Source: Blastocatellia bacterium (GTDB lineage Bacteria; Acidobacteriota; Blastocatellia; RBC074). Taken from it: a stretch of DNA of 60,194 bases. Below, piece by piece: positions 58,113 through 60,194 of the stretch. The notes beneath the pieces were generated by a model. It searched no databases, was not told the origin of the DNA, and saw only the letters and a program-made list of their open reading frames with translations. A program made the position numbers and the translations under genes. The stretch covers positions 1-60,194 of the forward strand of contig JAYSTY010000438.1 in assembly GCA_043719385.1 (NCBI GenBank). The letters are read 5' to 3'. Position 1 is the stretch's first letter. Every line of letters begins with the position of its first letter.

Positions 58113-58490
58113 TTAGGAATTCGCAATTGCTCGCATCAGTCCATTAAGCATGCGCCCGATTTCATCCATTTCAGCGCGAATCCTTAGATAATTTTCCTGG
58201 GTAATAAAGTTTAGCTGGAAAGCGATTTCGATATGTGTATCAAGCTCCAAAAGAGAGCCGCGCCCATTACCAAGAAACTGTTGATATTCACCTTTCAATC
58301 GTCGCCCCTGTCCTTCAGCTATATTCGCTGGAATCGAAACAGCAGCACGTTTTATTTGACTGACTAATCCGTAAATCTCATCTTTGGGAAACTCTTTCAC
58401 TGTTTGATACAGATGTAACACAAGTTTTATTCCCTTTTGCCAAACCAACAAATCCCGATGACTCTTTATTGCACCACTCGCTTCTTTCAT
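58113..58490 (-). CDS. four-helix-bundle protein (TIGR02436, 23S rRNA intervening-sequence protein family)
   Basis: 125 aa. DLLVWQKGIKLV...FPKDEIYGLVSQIKRAAVSIPANIAEGQGR...GSLLELDTH is the canonical family signature. Confidence 0.9.
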   Translation of the reverse strand: MKEASGAIKSHRDLLVWQKGIKLVLHLYQTVKEFPKDEIYGLVSQIKRAAVSIPANIAEGQGRRLKGEYQQFLGNGRGSLLELDTHIEIAFQLNFITQENYLRIRAEMDEIGRMLNGLMRAIANS

Positions 58491-58533
58491 CTCATCCTCC
58501 TCTTACTTTTACTCTTTCACTAACATCCAATAT

Positions 58534-59211
58534 CTAACATCGAACATCTAATTTCCCATCTTTCAGTCTAATAATGCGGTCTGCAAATTTGTCGGCCAGT
58601 TCCTGATCGTGGGTGACAATCACAATTGTTTTTCCGGCTTGTTGCATTGCTTTCAGCAAGTCCAGAATTTCAGTCGCACGGGCGCTATCCAAATTTCCGG
58701 TCGGCTCATCCGCCAATAAAACCTGTGGATCATTCGCCAGCGCACGAGCTATCGAAACGCGCTGCTGTTCGCCGCCGGAGAGTTCTGAAGGGCGATGTTC
58801 GGCGCGTTCACCCAATCCGATTTGCTCCAATAATTCCTGTGTACGTTGCTGGCGTTCGCTCTGTTTCATGCCGGCGAACGCTAATGCCAGCGATACATTT
58901 TCACGCGCCGTCATGGTCGGAATCAGGTTGAAGCTCTGAAAAATCATGCCGACATTTTTCAGCCGATACCGCGACATTTCGTAAGCAGAAAGCTCCGCAA
59001 TACTTTTTTCGTCAAAGCAAATATCTCCTGAAGCCGGACGATCCAACCCGCCGAACAAATTCAGTAACGTAGACTTTCCTGAACCGCTCGTGCCGAGAAT
59101 TGCGACGAATTCACCGGGTTCGATGGCGACTGACACGCCAGCTAAAGCATGCACGGTTTCACTGCCCATTACATATTCTTTGGTGACATTTTTGGCTGCG
59201 AGGATTGACAT
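58534..59211 (-). CDS. ABC transporter ATP-binding protein (LolD/MacB-type)
   Basis: 225 aa. Walker A GTSGSGKST, signature LSGGEQQRVSIARAL and Walker B LLADEPT. Confidence 0.9.
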   Translation of the reverse strand: MSILAAKNVTKEYVMGSETVHALAGVSVAIEPGEFVAILGTSGSGKSTLLNLFGGLDRPASGDICFDEKSIAELSAYEMSRYRLKNVGMIFQSFNLIPTMTARENVSLALAFAGMKQSERQQRTQELLEQIGLGERAEHRPSELSGGEQQRVSIARALANDPQVLLADEPTGNLDSARATEILDLLKAMQQAGKTIVIVTHDQELADKFADRIIRLKDGKLDVRC

Positions 59212-59424
59212 GATTTTACCTGCTGCGTTCGTAAATTACGTTATCGGCGAATACCGTTATCACAAATAACCTTTCCAGCAGACTGGAAGCCTCCTGTACT
59301 TACTTTTCCGCAAACGCTCTATAGACAAAATAATCTCAGCAATAGAAAATGTCCGTGGGATTTTCGTTACATTGTCAGATTTCAATTTATCTACAAATAG
59401 TTTTTCTTTCAGTCTCGAGGGATT

Positions 59425-60194
59425 ATGTCTACACGAAAGCTTTATCTCAACCGTTGGCGCTTAGTTCTGGTTGTTTTATGCCTGGGAATCGGCAGTGCGC
59501 TGATTTGGAGCAGGCACAGCGAAGCCGCCTGGCAACCGTCAACTGTGCCAGGTAATCAGTTACGCTTCAAAGCGATGCTACAATTTTCCCGCCCGTGGGA
59601 AAAACGTTTTGAACTAAAGCGTGGCGAGGTGTTCGAGCTTTCCGTCAGCTTACCAAAACCTGCTGCATTGCCAGAGCATGGGCGCATCAGCGTGCGCTGG
59701 ACGCTGCTCGAAGAAAAGCCGGAGCCAGCCGCAGCAAATTCTGCAACCAGTTCGCCATCGCCCAACATCGTGCGCAAGCCGGATGCGTTTGGCATCTACG
59801 CCAATCCGACTGCCAACTGGAAAAAAGTCCTACACGCGCTGGATGCGGATGTTTACACGGTCTATCGCGCGCCAGTCACGGGTGTGTATATGTTGGAAAT
59901 TGCTCCCGTCACAAATGAAGCGACAGTCTTTGAAGGCTCCCGCTGGCGTGAAGAGGGCATTGCTCCCCAGGCAGTTTCCTTTCCTCGCCAGACAGCATGG
60001 CCGACGGGGAAATCCGTTCCGCTGAACCTGAATATTAATCCGCTTGATTTGCACGACGCGCAGCAAAGCGGTTCATATATTGAGCAGGAGCCGAACGACA
60101 CGCCCGAACAGGCGCAGGAAATCGTGCTGCCCGAAGGTGAAGGCGTTCAGGTAGCGCGGATTTCAGGCGGCACGGATGACGTTGAATATTTCGA
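59425..60194 (+). CDS. hypothetical membrane-anchored/secreted protein (3' partial, runs off the window)
   Basis: Not in the supplied ORF track because no stop is reached. ATG at 59425, 3 nt after GAGGGA, and open for 256 codons to the window edge. Has an N-terminal TM helix (WRLVLVVLCLGIGSALIW) and an EQEPNDTPEQAQ motif. Confidence 0.6.
   Translation, partial: MSTRKLYLNRWRLVLVVLCLGIGSALIWSRHSEAAWQPSTVPGNQLRFKAMLQFSRPWEKRFELKRGEVFELSVSLPKPAALPEHGRISVRWTLLEEKPEPAAANSATSSPSPNIVRKPDAFGIYANPTANWKKVLHALDADVYTVYRAPVTGVYMLEIAPVTNEATVFEGSRWREEGIAPQAVSFPRQTAWPTGKSVPLNLNINPLDLHDAQQSGSYIEQEPNDTPEQAQEIVLPEGEGVQVARISGGTDDVEYF

Overview
This 60.2-kb window looks like ordinary bacterial chromosome. The host is probably Acidobacteriota-like, inferred only from gene content (TIGR03436-type VWA protein, CarboxypepD_reg protein, Ycf48/BNR propeller protein); I cannot verify this here. 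I support about 57 protein genes and one tRNA-Leu(UAG). I saw no rRNA, CRISPR array, transposase or integrase.

Most genes are housekeeping or core physiology:
- purS, glcD-like, HU, rho, engB, the tig-clpP locus, fur, hemF, clpA, htrA, bcp and fdhA.
- An 8-kb run of oxidoreductase genes, all on the minus strand.
- Several signalling proteins and ABC/DASS transporters.

The main finding is a low-GC islet at about 38.7-42.7 kb, between clpA with a secreted protein on one side and a BNR-propeller gene on the other. A Dam-like (alpha-class, DPPY) DNA adenine methyltransferase is followed on the same strand by a tightly overlapping three-gene operon:
- a TIGR04255-like protein;
- a 203-aa acidic protein with no recognisable domain;
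- a 270-aa PIN-type nuclease carrying a roughly 150-aa Cys-rich insert.

I could not match this combination to any named defence or toxin-antitoxin system from memory, so it is my best candidate for an undescribed system. A roughly 250-bp imperfect palindrome marks its left edge.

Secondary observations:
- A stand-alone tandem ClpX-type zinc-finger protein sits where clpX normally follows clpP.
- An orphan LysW-like zinc ribbon ends in a poly-Asp tail.
- A flotillin carries three internal repeats.
- A four-helix-bundle (23S-IVS-type) gene is inserted inside an ABC transporter operon.
- Hairpin-string palindromic elements and heptamer-phased direct repeats occupy many intergenic spacers.

All functional calls come from motif recognition by eye. 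No database search was run.
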